A stretch of DNA of 64,000 bases from Diplonema japonicum (GCA_964019335.1 OZ025690.1:186001-250000); one strand, 5' to 3'; counted from the first letter of the stretch, positions 23,925 through 36,002 are shown. The notes: generated by a model not told the origin, from the letters alone. Numbers and translations are program-made.

Positions 23925-25432
23925 CTACTTTTCTTTTTGTTCGGCTTCATCGCTTTTATCGCCGTTCGCGGCCTCCTTGGCAGCGGCTGCAGAAGCTCTG
24001 TTTGACATAATTTTGAACTCCATGTCATTATATGTCTCGTCCGTGCTTGCAGCCGACCGGAGGATGGTGATGAAACCCCCTGCCTCAGGATGGACATTAA
24101 CAGCGTGATTAAACACCAATCGTCCCGATTCTTCAGACCAACGTGGGAAGGCCGTGAGACGGCCCTGCACGTGAACGAGATACCCTTGCCGAACATGGCA
24201 CATTACGTAATTAACCAATGTTTCACCGTGGATGTAAACCTTATGCTGCTCCCTCTCAGTTAACACCCCGCTGCCCTTTACCTCGCTTCTGCTGAATGTT
24301 GTGGTCAGGCTGATCTCAGCGACCACCCCGGTTTGCCACTGCTTCATCGATGGTTTTCCGACCACCCCAGCAAGGTCCACCCTGTTGATGCTCCCGTAAT
24401 AATTATTCGTCGCCTCGACACCTTTGGGAAAACCGCCGTGCTCCGCGTCTTCCGCTCCTTCCTTTAGAACCTGGTTTTTTTTTTTTTTTTTTTTTTTTAA
24501 ATGACAACACGCACCTCGTACTGCAATGTAGTCGGCATCGGCAGCCCTGCCACAGGGGCAGGTTTCGACAGTGCTAGGTTGAGCTTCTTTTCTAATTCTT
24601 CGACCTTTTTGGTTGTGAGTGTTTGCTTTTTCTTTTTCTTTTTTTTTTTGTCCCTCTCAAGTACCTTGTTTTCCAGGTCCGACTTCATCTGCAGGAAGGC
24701 TGACGCGAGGGCATTACCCCCTGAGCCGTCAGTGGTGGGCTTGTTGTTGTTGTTGTTGTTGGCGTTGGTGTTGCTGATGTTGATGTTGTTGTTGTGGTAG
24801 CTGGGTTTGTTCTTCCCACTAGGTGCGTAGGGGGATGTGGTTGGTGTGGGTGATGCTGGGGTGTCGACTTTTTTCAGTAGCGTTTGTGCCACCTTCACCC
24901 TGCTGGCGGCCTCGTCCTTCACCTGGGTTTGAGGTTTGCTAGGGACTTCGTTCTGCTGGGTTTGAGGTTTGCTAAGGGCCTCCTCTTTTTGTTGTTGTTG
25001 CGTTTGAGATTTCACAGTCTCCTCCTTCTTCTTGTCGAGGGTTTGTTTGAACATTTGCGCGAAGCGTGACATCACACCGGTGCCTTCTGCAGAGGCTTTC
25101 TCTTCGAGTTTGCTGTCCTCTTGTTTTTTCTGGTCTTCTTTTAGCTTTTTCATTCCTTTTTCGCGCTCCTCGCCCTTCTTGCTTTTTTCCTTCTCCATCG
25201 CCTGCACGGCCTCGGTTTTCCGTTCGTTGACTGACTTTGGCTTTTCGTGCGACTTCTTGTTCATTGCCTTCTTCATCTTCTTCGTCATTTTTTTCGGTGA
25301 ATCTGACCTCACAAACCTTTGCTGCCGCTGCAGGTTCGACATGACAAATCGTGTGCTGGCTAAGGAGCAATGGCTGACCCCTAATGGATCTGCACGCTGA
25401 AGTGTTAGGACTGAGCGCCGAAGGCACTGCAT
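23925..25432 (-). CDS. Mitochondrion-targeted SSB-type OB-fold protein, KREPA-like (487 aa); exons 25432-24515, 24470-23925
   Basis: Presequence-like MQCLRRSVLTLQR, a long low-complexity linker, and a 44-nt intron (24471-24514) that restores the frame. The C-terminal OB fold reads SINRVDLAGVVG...ISLTTT...EREQHKVYIHGE...VRQGYLVHVQGRL...VNVHPEAG. Confidence 0.8.
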
Positions 25433-25506
25433 TTTTTTTTTTTATTTATTTTTTTGCACCCCGCTTCTTTTTTTTTTTTTTTAGTGCGATGTACAGCCAA
25501 TAATAA

Positions 25507-25760
25507 TATATGAGCTCGTCCAGAAAAAAATGTCAACAAATGACCCTCCTATGCGGCGGAAAACCCCCGTTAAATTTCTAAGTAAAAATGTAGTCCGACA
25601 CCACTTTGTGTGCAGAAATGCAGTCTAAGCTTGAACACCATATAGGTCAAAATGCTCGCCGTTTGTTTGCTGCCCTTTTTTTTGCTCAAATAATCAAAGC
25701 AAGAAATTTTCGGAGGTGCCCAAAAAAGTGTTGACATTTTCGTCCGGACGAGCTCATATA
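25507..25760. mobile_element. MITE (~250 bp) with ~32-bp TIRs
   Basis: TATATGAGCTCGTCCAGAAAAAAATGTCAACA ... TGTTGACATTTTCGTCCGGACGAGCTCATATA. The outer TA may be a Tc1/mariner-type TSD. Confidence 0.8.
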
Positions 25761-25828
25761 AAAAAAAAAAAAAGATGTCTTTGAAGGGAACCTGCAGTAT
25801 GTGACAGGATCGCCTAACGACAATCAAC

Positions 25829-28800
25829 TCATCTAGTGTTTGATCCCTTCTGTCGTGGTAGTGCCTTAGGCCCGTCGTAGTATCTCATCAGCAGCTTGGG
25901 CGTGAAACCGACTAGCGAGTTGTTGAGGATGCAATGCGTTCGCAGTTGCTCCTCTAGGATCGGGTGGGTTACCTTCGGGGACGCGAAGACCGGACGAGTG
26001 GAGTATCCAATGATGGAATGGCTGTGGAGCCCCAGGGTACGCAGTGAGTGTACTGACTTCTTAGTTTCTGCTGGAATCAGGTGATTCCCCGTTCCTGTTC
26101 TGTGTGCCCTGTCCAGGACGTTGAGGATTCTTCCGATTTTCCTAGCCCAGCATGCCAGGTCTTCACCACCCATGTGGATTCTCTCCGTTGCTATGAAGTC
26201 GACAGCAAGCTCCGCCTTGGACACTTGCCCTCCATCCTTGCCCCATTTCAGGGCACTCAGCCATTTGAGGACAAACGGGATCAGCCCCGGGAAGTACTTC
26301 TTCCACAGCCCGTGCTTGTGATACCAAATGAGGGGTTTCGGTTCTAATAGGTTTCCCGGTTGGAATGGTCTTTTCCAGAAGTGCAGATTGTCGTATCTGA
26401 CCTGCTTCTCGGTGTGCAGGCTCTCGAGTTTCCCCGCAATTTCCGCAAACATCAGGTGTAGTTCCTTGACACTTGTCAGGCTTATGTCCATATCAGAGGT
26501 AATAATGCCGTGTAGTCGGGCGCAGCTTGGCCAGCTGACGTGGTCTTGCACCAGCCGAATGCGGTCAGTGTTGGTCGTTCTGCAGTCGGCGTGCGCTGGG
26601 CATTGCCAGATCGTATGTTGTAGTAGGGAGCTGGTCCCGTTCCCAATGTTATATGGTGTGCCACACCCCAGGCATTTCTTATGTGAGCCGTTCATGTCGC
26701 CGTAAGCTCTGGGGTGTAGGGGAAGCATCGCGCCCGCAATGGCACAAAGTATCCTCCTTGCTTTCTGTGGGTTGGTGGTCGTCACCTCGTTGTGGAGGAA
26801 GTTCGTTTTCTCCTCGTCAATGCCTGTTTCGACCCCCTGGTAGGTGTCTCGCTCTTCGGCCAGATCCTCACGTAGTTTGGCTTTCAGCAGCGTCCTGATC
26901 TCGTGTTTCAGCCTTGCGGTAGTATCTTCGTCTGGAAGTCCTTCCACCTTGACCCTATTTCTCGGAGCCATGCATTGGCAAATGGTCCCATCGGAAAAGA
27001 TAGAGAGCCTTGATCCCTTGCTCTCCTGTACGCTTCCCAGCATGATATGAAAAGGGACTTGTTCGAATGTCGTGTGCAAAGTCGTCCCAGAGTAGAGATG
27101 GCCTTGTAGATCGCAGTAGAGTACGGGTCCAGGGTGTGTCCCTTATGGGCAATTCCCAGCAGGGCGCTGGAGGAGCGCATTGGGTTGCGGGCACCCCAGA
27201 CGCAAAGAGTGATCCGCTTTTTCAATTTCTCCAGCCAAGAGTCCGGGATCGGGTCGAACAGGATGCCGTAGAAGGCGGATGGCAGGATGTTCTCTGCGAT
27301 GATCCGTACCTTGCGATCGTGGTATAGCCTAGTTGAGGCGAGGCGTTCTATTTCGGCCAGGGCTTTGTGGACCCTCGAGTTATCCCTCCTGCTCGGCTGG
27401 AAGTAGATTTGTACCCCTAAGATTTGCAGACTACTGGTCGTGGCAAAGGTCTCTCCGTTCAACTTCACATTCCCCCGGTATTTGGGTTTCGTTCCAAATG
27501 ACCTGGTCTTCTTCGGGTGTACGGTCATCCCCGTGAGCTTGCAAAGGCTGCCTAGTAGATTTACGGAACGCTGAACCGCGGCCTCCGAGGTAATTGACGT
27601 GAAGTTAAGGTCGTCTGCATATGACACTGGGTGTGCGTTTCTTGGATTTGCCGTACATTTCTTGGTGAAGATGGCAAGGATTGCGTTGATGAAAACGGGC
27701 GAGATCGGGCATCCCTGGAGTATTCCATTCGTGGTTCGGAATGGAGCACCTACTCCCACGGGGAAACGTAGGCGGCGGATTAGGTCAGAGTAGATGGCCT
27801 TGATCGGTCTCAGGATGAGCTGGCTTAGGCCTAACCGATCGACCAGTTCGAACGTGAGTGCGTGGGGGACAGAGTCAAAGCATTTCTTGAAGTCGACCAA
27901 GAGACCCCAAAGGTGGTTGCCAGATACTTTTGCCAACTCCACACTGGTGCAGACCTTCGCGAGGAGGTCATCTGTGCTGTGTTCCGGTCTGAAGCCGAAT
28001 TGGAGCGGAGTAATCCACTCCTCTTGCCATTCGAGGATGGCTGGTAGTCGTGCGCCAGCCCAGAGCCGATAGAATGCGCTCGATACAGTAATAGGTCTGT
28101 GATCTAGCGGCTCTTCGGATTCTCCTTTCGGGATCATCGTAACAAGCGCGGTCAGGACTGCCTTTGGCCATCGTCCCTCATCCTCAATCCAGTTGTATAG
28201 GAAGATGAATCCCTCTAGCAGGGCATCTGGTAAGTGGGCGAGTTCGCAGAGCCTCCATCCAGCGCATTCCTGTTTCTCCTTCTTACTCAGCACTCTTCGC
28301 AGGTCTTCTAGCGTGATCGCGAGGTCGACCATGGGGTGGTGGGTGATCTGCGACCCAAAAGTTTCCTCAAAAGAATCAAAACTCGGCTCAGGGTGGTCCT
28401 CGTATTTGCGGAAGATGTGGCGCCATGCCGACCTGAAGGCTTGGTCTATCTCTTCGACTGAGGTCGAGAGGGTACCGTTCGTGTTTGCTGCAACTAGCTC
28501 TCTATTTGGCTTGTCCGTCACAAATTGCATAATCGCGCTCCGGTTCACCGAGAAACCCGAGTTCAGATCCCTCCGTGCCTTCACGTTGCGCAGGATCTTC
28601 GAAGCGATGTCCATGTTCCGTTGTCGTGCCGTAACGTTCTCCCGAATCAGGTCTGCTTCCTTGACGATGTTACCCTCGGAGAAGGTTTCCGGGTGGAACC
28701 GTAGGATCTTAATTGCCTTTGCCTTAATATTGTCCCAGCTCTTGCGTAGGTCATACGGCAGGGCCGGGTCTTTCAACAGTGGGACTCTCCGCACAATAGC

Positions 28801-30015
28801 GGCTGCACTCTGCCGGATTTTCTCAAGTGTTAGGTACTTTTTAGAGACTGCCCCAAATGCTGTCATCGTAGACGGAGCCGCCGTCCTCCGCATGCTGGGG
28901 GTATTAATCACGCCTCTGCCAGAGTAGATCGAATTCTCCAGCTGCGCCGTTCCACTCAAAAGGTGTTTCTCGCAAGCAGAAGAAAGCTCTAAGAAAGCTG
29001 CATCCAGGTCCCCGTTGTCTTTCAGGGATCTCAAAGTAGGGAGAATGTCGCTGTACGGAGCGCGGTTCCGGGAGTCATGGAGAGGGATGATCTTCTTGGG
29101 TATACTGTACTGGAGTGAGGGCTCGTAGAATCTCGGCATATCGATTCTAATTACTAGTGCGCGGTATGAGGGTACGCCAATGTCCAGAGTCTGGCAGTCG
29201 GTCAGCGCCATTGCTGCTGTCTTGTTCACCAAGATGTAGTCTGGCCTCGTCTTCGCTGTTGCAGTTACGAAGGTAGGAGGGGCTTGTGTTCCATGTAGGC
29301 GCGATATTTTGTTCGAAGCGTCTGTCCAATGTTGAGAGAGGGCGTGCGAGAGGACCGGGGAGTCCATTATCGTCGTGTTGAAGTCTCCTGTCACAATGAC
29401 CGGAACGTCCCCCAGCTGAGCCGATCTCTGTAGGGTGTCGGATATTAGCGCCTCCCTATTTCTCTTGGCGTGTCTGGAGCCGTCGCTTACCTGGCAGTAG
29501 AGGGTGATAATGTGTAACCAGTCACGTTTCCCAATCGCGACTCTTACATGTACCCTTCGCGAGTTGGTGTTGTGGTCCTCGAAAAGGGAGGATTCCTTCT
29601 TAGCTGTCAGTTGCTTGTTCACCATAATTCCCACGCCTCCTCTTTGGGCGATTGAGGGGGATTCTGCACCTTTTGACACCTTCCCTTGTTGTGGGGGTCC
29701 CCAAAAGAGACGGTGTTCTTTTAGGAAAACGTCTTGCTTCGCTTCCTTGTCCATCATCCATTGCCCCGCTTGCGTAAGGGCGGTCTCTTGCAGGCAAATC
29801 ACGTCAAACTCCTGTAGTTTGACCCTGTTCAGCTGATTTGGGAGGTTCGTCACGTTCACAGAGATAATAGTGATTTCCTTCTTCCCCTTCTCGGGCCCCG
29901 GATTGGGGTGGACGTCACCGTGTGTCATGAGCCGTTTCCTCGCTTCTCGCGCAATGGACCGCTTCGACCTTTTCATAATGAGGAAATGTGCCCGCGGGAG
30001 GTGGATTATTGCCAA
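25829..30015 (-). pseudogene. LINE ORF2: AP endonuclease + reverse transcriptase + C-terminal Zn-binding domain (frameshift near 26950-27000)
   Basis: Track ORFs 26908-30015 (1035 aa) and 25829-27079 overlap in different frames. Confidence 0.88.
29893..29919 (-). other. 2A-like ribosomal skipping motif GDVHPNPGP
   Basis: EARKRLMTHGDVHPNPG-P sits immediately upstream of the APE domain. It matches D(V/I)ExNPGP except for E->H. Confidence 0.7.
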
Positions 30016-30956
30016 CGAGTAGATCAGATGATTGTTTTCGGTCGGGGAGCCGAACCAGTCGCAGGAGAGAGGGGCAAAGGGGCGTGGTGTGGCCGAAAAG
30101 GTTAGGAGGTCAATGATTGATAGACTAATAATGATGATGATGGGGAGGGATAGAATTTCCCCGAGATGCCTCAGACCCTCCTGTCAGATCTTTTGATTCT
30201 TGGGGCTCGGCGACGTCTGTGCGTGGGTCTCCGATTCACCCCTCTTCCGTGAGCTCTCGGCCCTGGCAGCCTCCGCCTGTGCTTTCTCCTGCGCCGCCCT
30301 TGAACTGGGGAATTCTGCCTCCGACAGCTTCACCCTATGCTGTTTCCCCCGGAAGCTCCTCTCGTTCTTGTTTGGTGCATCTTCCCGTGTCCAGTCCCTA
30401 ATCGTCAGGGAATGAAGTTTTTCCCCCCTCGCAATAAGCCTGGCGGTGGGAGGGGTGGTGGCCCGAACGAGCCATCTCGAACCTTCTAGTGTCCAAGTGG
30501 CTAATGGACCATCCACATCCTGCGAGGTCGTTCATCAAGTCACACGGGTGTTCCCAGCTGAGGCATCCTTCCAGGATATATTTGTCCCCAGCCTTCCGCG
30601 CCGGGAGAAGTATGGGGTTGACCCTTGCCAGTACCTCGCTGTTAGGGCCAGTCCGATCGGCGTTACCGTGAGTGAGGTGCCTATTGATGCTGTGGGGACA
30701 TCGGCCGCCTTGATCCCCTTCTTCAACTGGATGACCTCCAGTCTGTCTGCAGCGAACGCGTGTGTCCAGAATACACATTGGTCTCCCGATGCGACCAGCA
30801 GTCTAATCGCGTGCTCAGGGTCCACCCGTACCAGGGCAGAGGCGGTGTTGTTCTCGGTCGAGCGGTTGATCCTGAAGACGTTTTGCGGGGTTACCTTGAA
30901 GGGACCCTCCTTGTCTCGCGCCGCTAAAAAAAAAAAAAAAACTAAACGACCAGCAA

Positions 30957-30991
<35 letters not shown>

Positions 30992-31049
30992 CCCCCGACA
31001 AACAGCGAATAAATTGACCATAAAAACAAAACAAAAAAAAATTGTGCTC

Positions 31050-32144
31050 TCATGACAGTTTCGCCTTTTCCAAAAACGCCCCCATCCATTTTGCTGCAGA
31101 TTCCGGCACTGCGGCCTTTGGTTTTGACAATTCCTTTCCGAGGGACTTGATCTTTGCAACGTCCGTTTCCGCAGCAGCTTTCATCCACTGCACGGTGTCC
31201 TCTAGAGTGTCTTCCGCTTCATCTTTTGAAAACGAGACCATTCTGTCGCTTTTTTGTATTGTCGCAGGGGGTTCTTTTTCCTTCGCTGTCAAGGAGTCGA
31301 CCCAGTCTGAATCGACTGCCATAGGTGGCGCCTTTAAAATACCGGGATCGATGTCGGAAAACTCCGCCAAAGGGGAGACCGTTGGTTTTTTTTTTATTTT
31401 CTCCTTAGGGGGGGTTTGTGGTGCGGGTTTTTTTTCCGCCAACGCGTATTCAATTGTTTCAGAAGCAGTCAGCTGTTTCAAAGAAGGCGGCCGCCGACGG
31501 AAAGACGGCCGTGGCGCAACACCATGATTACCCTTACATATCTTTAATATCTCACGGAACTTCGCTGACTGTTCACGTGGTGCGTCGTTTTCAACATTCT
31601 GCGCGACGGTGTCGAACATTGATGTAACAGTTGTCGCCTGCGAGATGACTGAATAGTGCGGCTGGTGTTCATGCGAACGTATTCTCCGCCTTTTCAGTAC
31701 AGGTGGACTGTGTGAAGTTTCGTTTTTGTGCTTAGATGCTTCCCGCATGGTGGTGAGGATCGCGTCCACCCCTTGAGAAAGGCTTGAATCAAAGGTTCTG
31801 GCATGCGTGGCCAGGCCGTATGTTTTTCTGATTCGTTGGAGGTCCTCCACAACCTTCTCAAAAGAACCGTCGTCAGGGGATTTTTTCGGTTTTCTGTTGT
31901 CATCGTCCATGTCGTTGGTGTTCAGGTTCCCGAGGCCGTGGATGAGCAGGGCCTGGCCTAGGAGGTCGTGTTCACCTACCTTGATACCGGTACCTGTGGT
32001 GGGTAAGAGCTGCGACCCACCTGTCGTAAGAAGCGGGTCGCGTGTCGTGTCGCGTAGACCCGACATTTTGATACTGTTCAGTTTTTTCTCGAATTTTTTG
32101 CTGAAGGCTGCCGCCGGCAACCGGTTCACCGTTGTTCGGTGCAT
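31050..32144 (-). CDS. Hypothetical protein (364 aa)
   Basis: Long ORF with ATG after an A-tract; no recognisable domain. Confidence 0.7.
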   Translation of the reverse strand: MHRTTVNRLPAAAFSKKFEKKLNSIKMSGLRDTTRDPLLTTGGSQLLPTTGTGIKVGEHDLLGQALLIHGLGNLNTNDMDDDNRKPKKSPDDGSFEKVVEDLQRIRKTYGLATHARTFDSSLSQGVDAILTTMREASKHKNETSHSPPVLKRRRIRSHEHQPHYSVISQATTVTSMFDTVAQNVENDAPREQSAKFREILKICKGNHGVAPRPSFRRRPPSLKQLTASETIEYALAEKKPAPQTPPKEKIKKKPTVSPLAEFSDIDPGILKAPPMAVDSDWVDSLTAKEKEPPATIQKSDRMVSFSKDEAEDTLEDTVQWMKAAAETDVAKIKSLGKELSKPKAAVPESAAKWMGAFLEKAKLS

Positions 32145-32233
32145 TTTTTTTTTTTTTTCTTTCTTTTTTTTGCTTTCCTGTGGTTGTATGTTGTTGGAAA
32201 ATTTGAGGGTGCGGAAAGGGGGAGGGAAAAAAA

Positions 32234-32680
32234 TTAATGCATGCTGAAGCCACCTTCCAACACCTGTACCCTTCTTTTCTCGATCCTCTTCAGTTTTTCC
32301 GAATTTTCTTTTTCCACTTCCGCTTCTTGCATTTGTTTGTAGATTTGCATGACGCCCTCGCCGGGCCCGAACAGGGCCCCGCTGCTTTTAATGGGCAAAA
32401 TTGAAAGACGTTCTTTAATCTTGTTAATTTCATCGATGAGCTCCTGTGTGGGGTCGGCCTGCTCCTTGACCTTGAGGGGTTCCTTCTTTCCTGCCACAGG
32501 GGTCTCGTTTATGTAGCCGCTGTCTGCCAGAGCCTGGCCTAAAAAATCTGTAGCGTCTTTCACTGCGGTCTTGCTCTCCGCCCCCTTCCCGCTAATGCTG
32601 CCCAATTTGCCCAAAAACCCTTGATTCCATTTTGCCGTCTTGCTTCCGCTGCTCCGCAGCGTGCTTGTTATTCTCAGCAT
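32234..32680 (-). CDS. Hypothetical protein, probable mitochondrial presequence (148 aa)
   Basis: MLRITSTLRSS N-terminus; coding-like composition bounded by homopolymer tracts. Confidence 0.65.
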   Translation of the reverse strand: MLRITSTLRSSGSKTAKWNQGFLGKLGSISGKGAESKTAVKDATDFLGQALADSGYINETPVAGKKEPLKVKEQADPTQELIDEINKIKERLSILPIKSSGALFGPGEGVMQIYKQMQEAEVEKENSEKLKRIEKRRVQVLEGGFSMH

Positions 32681-32799
32681 TACTCACCCCCCCCCCTTTT
32701 TTTTTCTCCCTTTCTTTTTTTTTTTTATTTCGTGGGGATGAAAAAAATATTTCGGGAAAAAAAAAAAAGGAAGAAAAAAAAATGGGGTCGGGTCGAACG

Positions 32800-32834
<35 letters not shown>

Positions 32835-33011
32835 ATTGGAAAAAAAAAAAAAAAAAAAGTATCCTAAGCGTGGTTTGACAAAGGTACCCAATAAACTTAC
32901 ACTGGAGTGGGGGGAACACTGATATATATAAAAAAAAAAAAAAAAAAAGTATTTGCATAAAAAAAAAAAATTTTTTTTCGAAAAAAAAGAAAAAAAAAAA
33001 AAAAACGACCC

Positions 33012-33756
33012 TCATGCCATGACCCTTGGGAATGCGGATTTGACATTGGGTGAGTCCCAAACGTAGTGCCTCAGGTTCCAGAGGTGCCACTCCACGTCTT
33101 TCATAGCTTTTCTCCTGTATTACATTTTTTCCCCCCCCCTTCTTTTTGTATACCTGAACTCAGACGGGACCCTTTCGGAGTAGTTTACCACCATCTCGGT
33201 GCACGCAGCAAGAGTCTTCTCCCTCTCAATGGGGTCTGTGACACCCCTCTGCATCACGAACCTCTGGTCGAAGATCTCGGAGTAGACATCCTGAGCCTGG
33301 TCGGCCCATTTGACGGCGGAGGCGAAGTAGTTAATCTGCTGCAAGATGGCAGCCTTTTCCTCAGGCTTGAACTCAGATAGGGAAGTGAACATCCCCGCAA
33401 GAGGGTTCACACCCTTTTCGTACAAATTCGTGTGCGCGAGCTTATGCGCTTCAAGCTGGTCTGTAGATTTTTTTTTTTTTTTTTTTTAAAAGAATTTGCA
33501 TACCAGCCCAGAATGAGCTGTAGTCTGTTGTCCAGTCATTTGCCAGGAGCCTTTCGGTGTCATGTTTGATGCTGCTTGCGAGCTTCTGCCCTTGAGATGT
33601 GTAGTTCTTGAATTCTGGAAGGACTCTGAAGTGAGTGTTCACAGACCCCCTGCACGCTCCCCACGAGAACAAGCTGGGAAGGGACCCCGACCCTTGGTTC
33701 TTGAACCCCCCGTACACGGAATGGATCCCCCTGCGCTGTAGCGCGTTTCTCAGCAT
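33012..33756 (-). CDS. Probable mitochondrial protein; exons 33756-33504, 33460-33154, 33114-33012
   Basis: MLRNALQRR presequence. Introns 33461-33503 (43 nt) and 33115-33153 (39 nt) join three frames into one ORF ending VEWHLWNLRHYVWDSPNVKSAFPRVMA. Confidence 0.8.
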
Positions 33757-33962
33757 ATTTTTTTTTTTTTTTTAAATTCAATACCCTTCCCTGTTATCCG
33801 TTCAGACCGGGCAGATCGGGTAAAAAAAAAAAAAAAAAAAAAAAAGGAAGCGGAATAACAGTCTGTTTAAGAAATAAGAAGAAGAAATAGAAGACGAAGT
33901 ATAAAAGGAAAAACTTTTTTTTTCCCTCCTTCTTGATAATTACAACACATGTTTCTGTTCTT

Positions 33963-33997
<35 letters not shown>

Positions 33998-34105
33998 ATT
34001 GCCTCCGAACGTATTATAACCATACTCTAGGACAAACTAACTTAAAAAAAAAAAAAAAAACTCTAGGAAATTTATATTAATTTATACCATTTTTCTTTTT
34101 AAAAT

Positions 34106-35356
34106 TCACACAAGCTCTGGAGAATCCGAATAGGGCAGGTCCCACCTCTCCGGCTCCATGAAAGATTTGTCGGCCTTCCAGTATTTTATCAGATCCACAA
34201 GAAACGCAACGTGCTCCCGCAAAGTTCTACCAGTTTTGGGTGTGGTGGTGGTCAGCTCGTTCAGCAGAGTTGTGAGCTCCTGTTCTACCCAAGGGAGGTT
34301 TGGCCCACTGTGCCCATCGATTTCCGCATGCAAAATGGCGATTTCTTCATTTCTCACCCGAACTTCGTCTTCAAGCCTCTGCAAGTCATTTTGAAACTGA
34401 TCTCTCATCGAGTCCAAGGTTCCCTGTGTTTCTTTTAAAGCCGCTTGCAAACCTTCCCAGGTGGTGCTTTGTCGGTAACGGAGCAGTTCACCGTCTTGTT
34501 GTTCCACGACCTCCCGCAACCCTTCAAGCTCGCGTATCACAATACTCTGTCTCCCTCGCAGCCCGGCCTCCTGCTGGGCAAGCACCTCTGTCTGCTGAAG
34601 TTTCGCTTTTAAATCCATTTTTTCAAGCTCAAATTTTTTTTCTTGGTCGTGTATAATACCACCAAGGCGTGCAGTCTCTGCAGTCATATCTGCTTTCAAC
34701 TGAGCAAGCTCCGATTCAAGTAGAACAGTATGCGCAACGTGGGCATCGATGACAGCGTGCATTGAGTTAAGCGTATCGAGCGTGGTGAAGAATGCTGTGA
34801 GAACGACATGTCTGGACTCCGATTCGAGCGTGTAAATTGTATGCCTTGTCTGCCGTTCAGAATCTTGGAATATGAGCAGGGTTGTGAGATCGGTACCGTT
34901 TCTGCCAGTGGTGAGCTGGTGGTGGAGGGATCGTGCTTCGCTTTCAGCTTCTTCGAGCTGAGACAAAGCATGGGATAATATAGTTTGGTCATGGTTGATT
35001 TTGATGTTTGCGCCTGTGAGCTCGTCTGACAGTTGGCACACTTGTACACTTAAAGTGTCAGATTGTCTTTTTTCATTGATGAGCGCGGATAGTTCCCTCT
35101 CTAGTTCTTTGTTCAGACCCTGTGCCGCGGCCAGCTCGTCCTTCGCGAGTTTTTTTTCCCCGGCGGTGTTGATAAGCTGTGCTTCCAATTTTGCGATTTC
35201 CGCCCTCGAGCGGTCCTGTATCTCAGCAATCGTTGAATCCATCTCGCGTTTCTTCTGCCCTAAAAAAATTCGCAGCCCCTCAGCTTCTTCATCCTCTGCT
35301 CGTAGTGCTTCTACCGATCGAGGGCTTGTCGGGAGTATACTCTTGCGTCGTTTCAT
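34106..35356 (-). CDS. Coiled-coil protein (416 aa)
   Basis: Long ORF rich in heptad L/E/Q/K patterns; ATG follows an A-tract. Confidence 0.8.
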   Translation of the reverse strand: MKRRKSILPTSPRSVEALRAEDEEAEGLRIFLGQKKREMDSTIAEIQDRSRAEIAKLEAQLINTAGEKKLAKDELAAAQGLNKELERELSALINEKRQSDTLSVQVCQLSDELTGANIKINHDQTILSHALSQLEEAESEARSLHHQLTTGRNGTDLTTLLIFQDSERQTRHTIYTLESESRHVVLTAFFTTLDTLNSMHAVIDAHVAHTVLLESELAQLKADMTAETARLGGIIHDQEKKFELEKMDLKAKLQQTEVLAQQEAGLRGRQSIVIRELEGLREVVEQQDGELLRYRQSTTWEGLQAALKETQGTLDSMRDQFQNDLQRLEDEVRVRNEEIAILHAEIDGHSGPNLPWVEQELTTLLNELTTTTPKTGRTLREHVAFLVDLIKYWKADKSFMEPERWDLPYSDSPELV

Positions 35357-35744
35357 TTTTTTTTCTTTTTTTTTTTCCTTCTTGTTGTTTCTGATACTGC
35401 GAGGGTGGGGGGGGGGGGGGGGGGTGCTTATTATTGTGAGGGGGTAAAATAAAAAAAAATGAAGAGGGTTAAAAGAGGGGGAAAATATTCAGACGACGGA
35501 GGAGGAGTATTGGGGGAAAGAAGGGGGAAAAACGTGTGAGAGAGATATAAGCGATTTTTTTTTTTTTTGGAGTGGATAAAAAAAAAACGGGAAGGGCAGG
35601 AAACAATACATTACAATGAAGGGGGGAAAGGGATCAGTGTGTGTGGGGGAGGGGGCATATTTTATAATTCTTTCCCCAATTCATAAAATTTAAAAAAAAA
35701 GATTTTTTTTTATTCGCACAACTTTGAGGTGGGGAAGGAACGGG

Positions 35745-35775
<31 letters not shown>

Positions 35776-36002
35776 CTCTTTTCCCCCCGTTATGTACAGG
35801 AAAAAATCGATCAAAAAAAAAGGAACTGGCCCGTTGTTTGTACGTGCCGGGTAAAACCTCGAGAAAAGTTTGTCAACTTGCCAACGTTCCCCTTTTGTTT
35901 AGACAAGTCAAAGACTCGTTCTTGCAAAAAAAAAAAAAAAAAAAAAAAAAAACACACACTAATTGTCCAAAAAAAACCCCCCCCCCAATTTCTTTAATTT
36001 CC

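Larger units (their letters stand above)
25774..30925 (-). mobile_element. Near-full-length 5'-truncated APE-type non-LTR retrotransposon (family A), decayed
   Basis: Frameshifted ORF1-like region 30925-30184; 2A-like GDVHPNPGP; APE motifs (ISVNV, CLQET, GDFN, RPDYI); RT (PKG, RPITV, DFKKCFD, QGCPISP, YADD); CxxC...HxxWxC knuckle; A-runs at both ends. Confidence 0.93.

Noticed and set aside
30926-31050. HDV-like ribozyme / 77-79-nt signature typical of L1Tc/ingi 5' ends
   Set aside because: The element is 5'-truncated within ORF1, so its 5' UTR is absent.
31050-32144. ORF1 of the adjacent LINE
   Set aside because: It is separated from the element by a stop codon and homopolymer-rich intergenic DNA. 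The LINE begins at an A-run junction at 30925, and the gene has the host-type A-leader.
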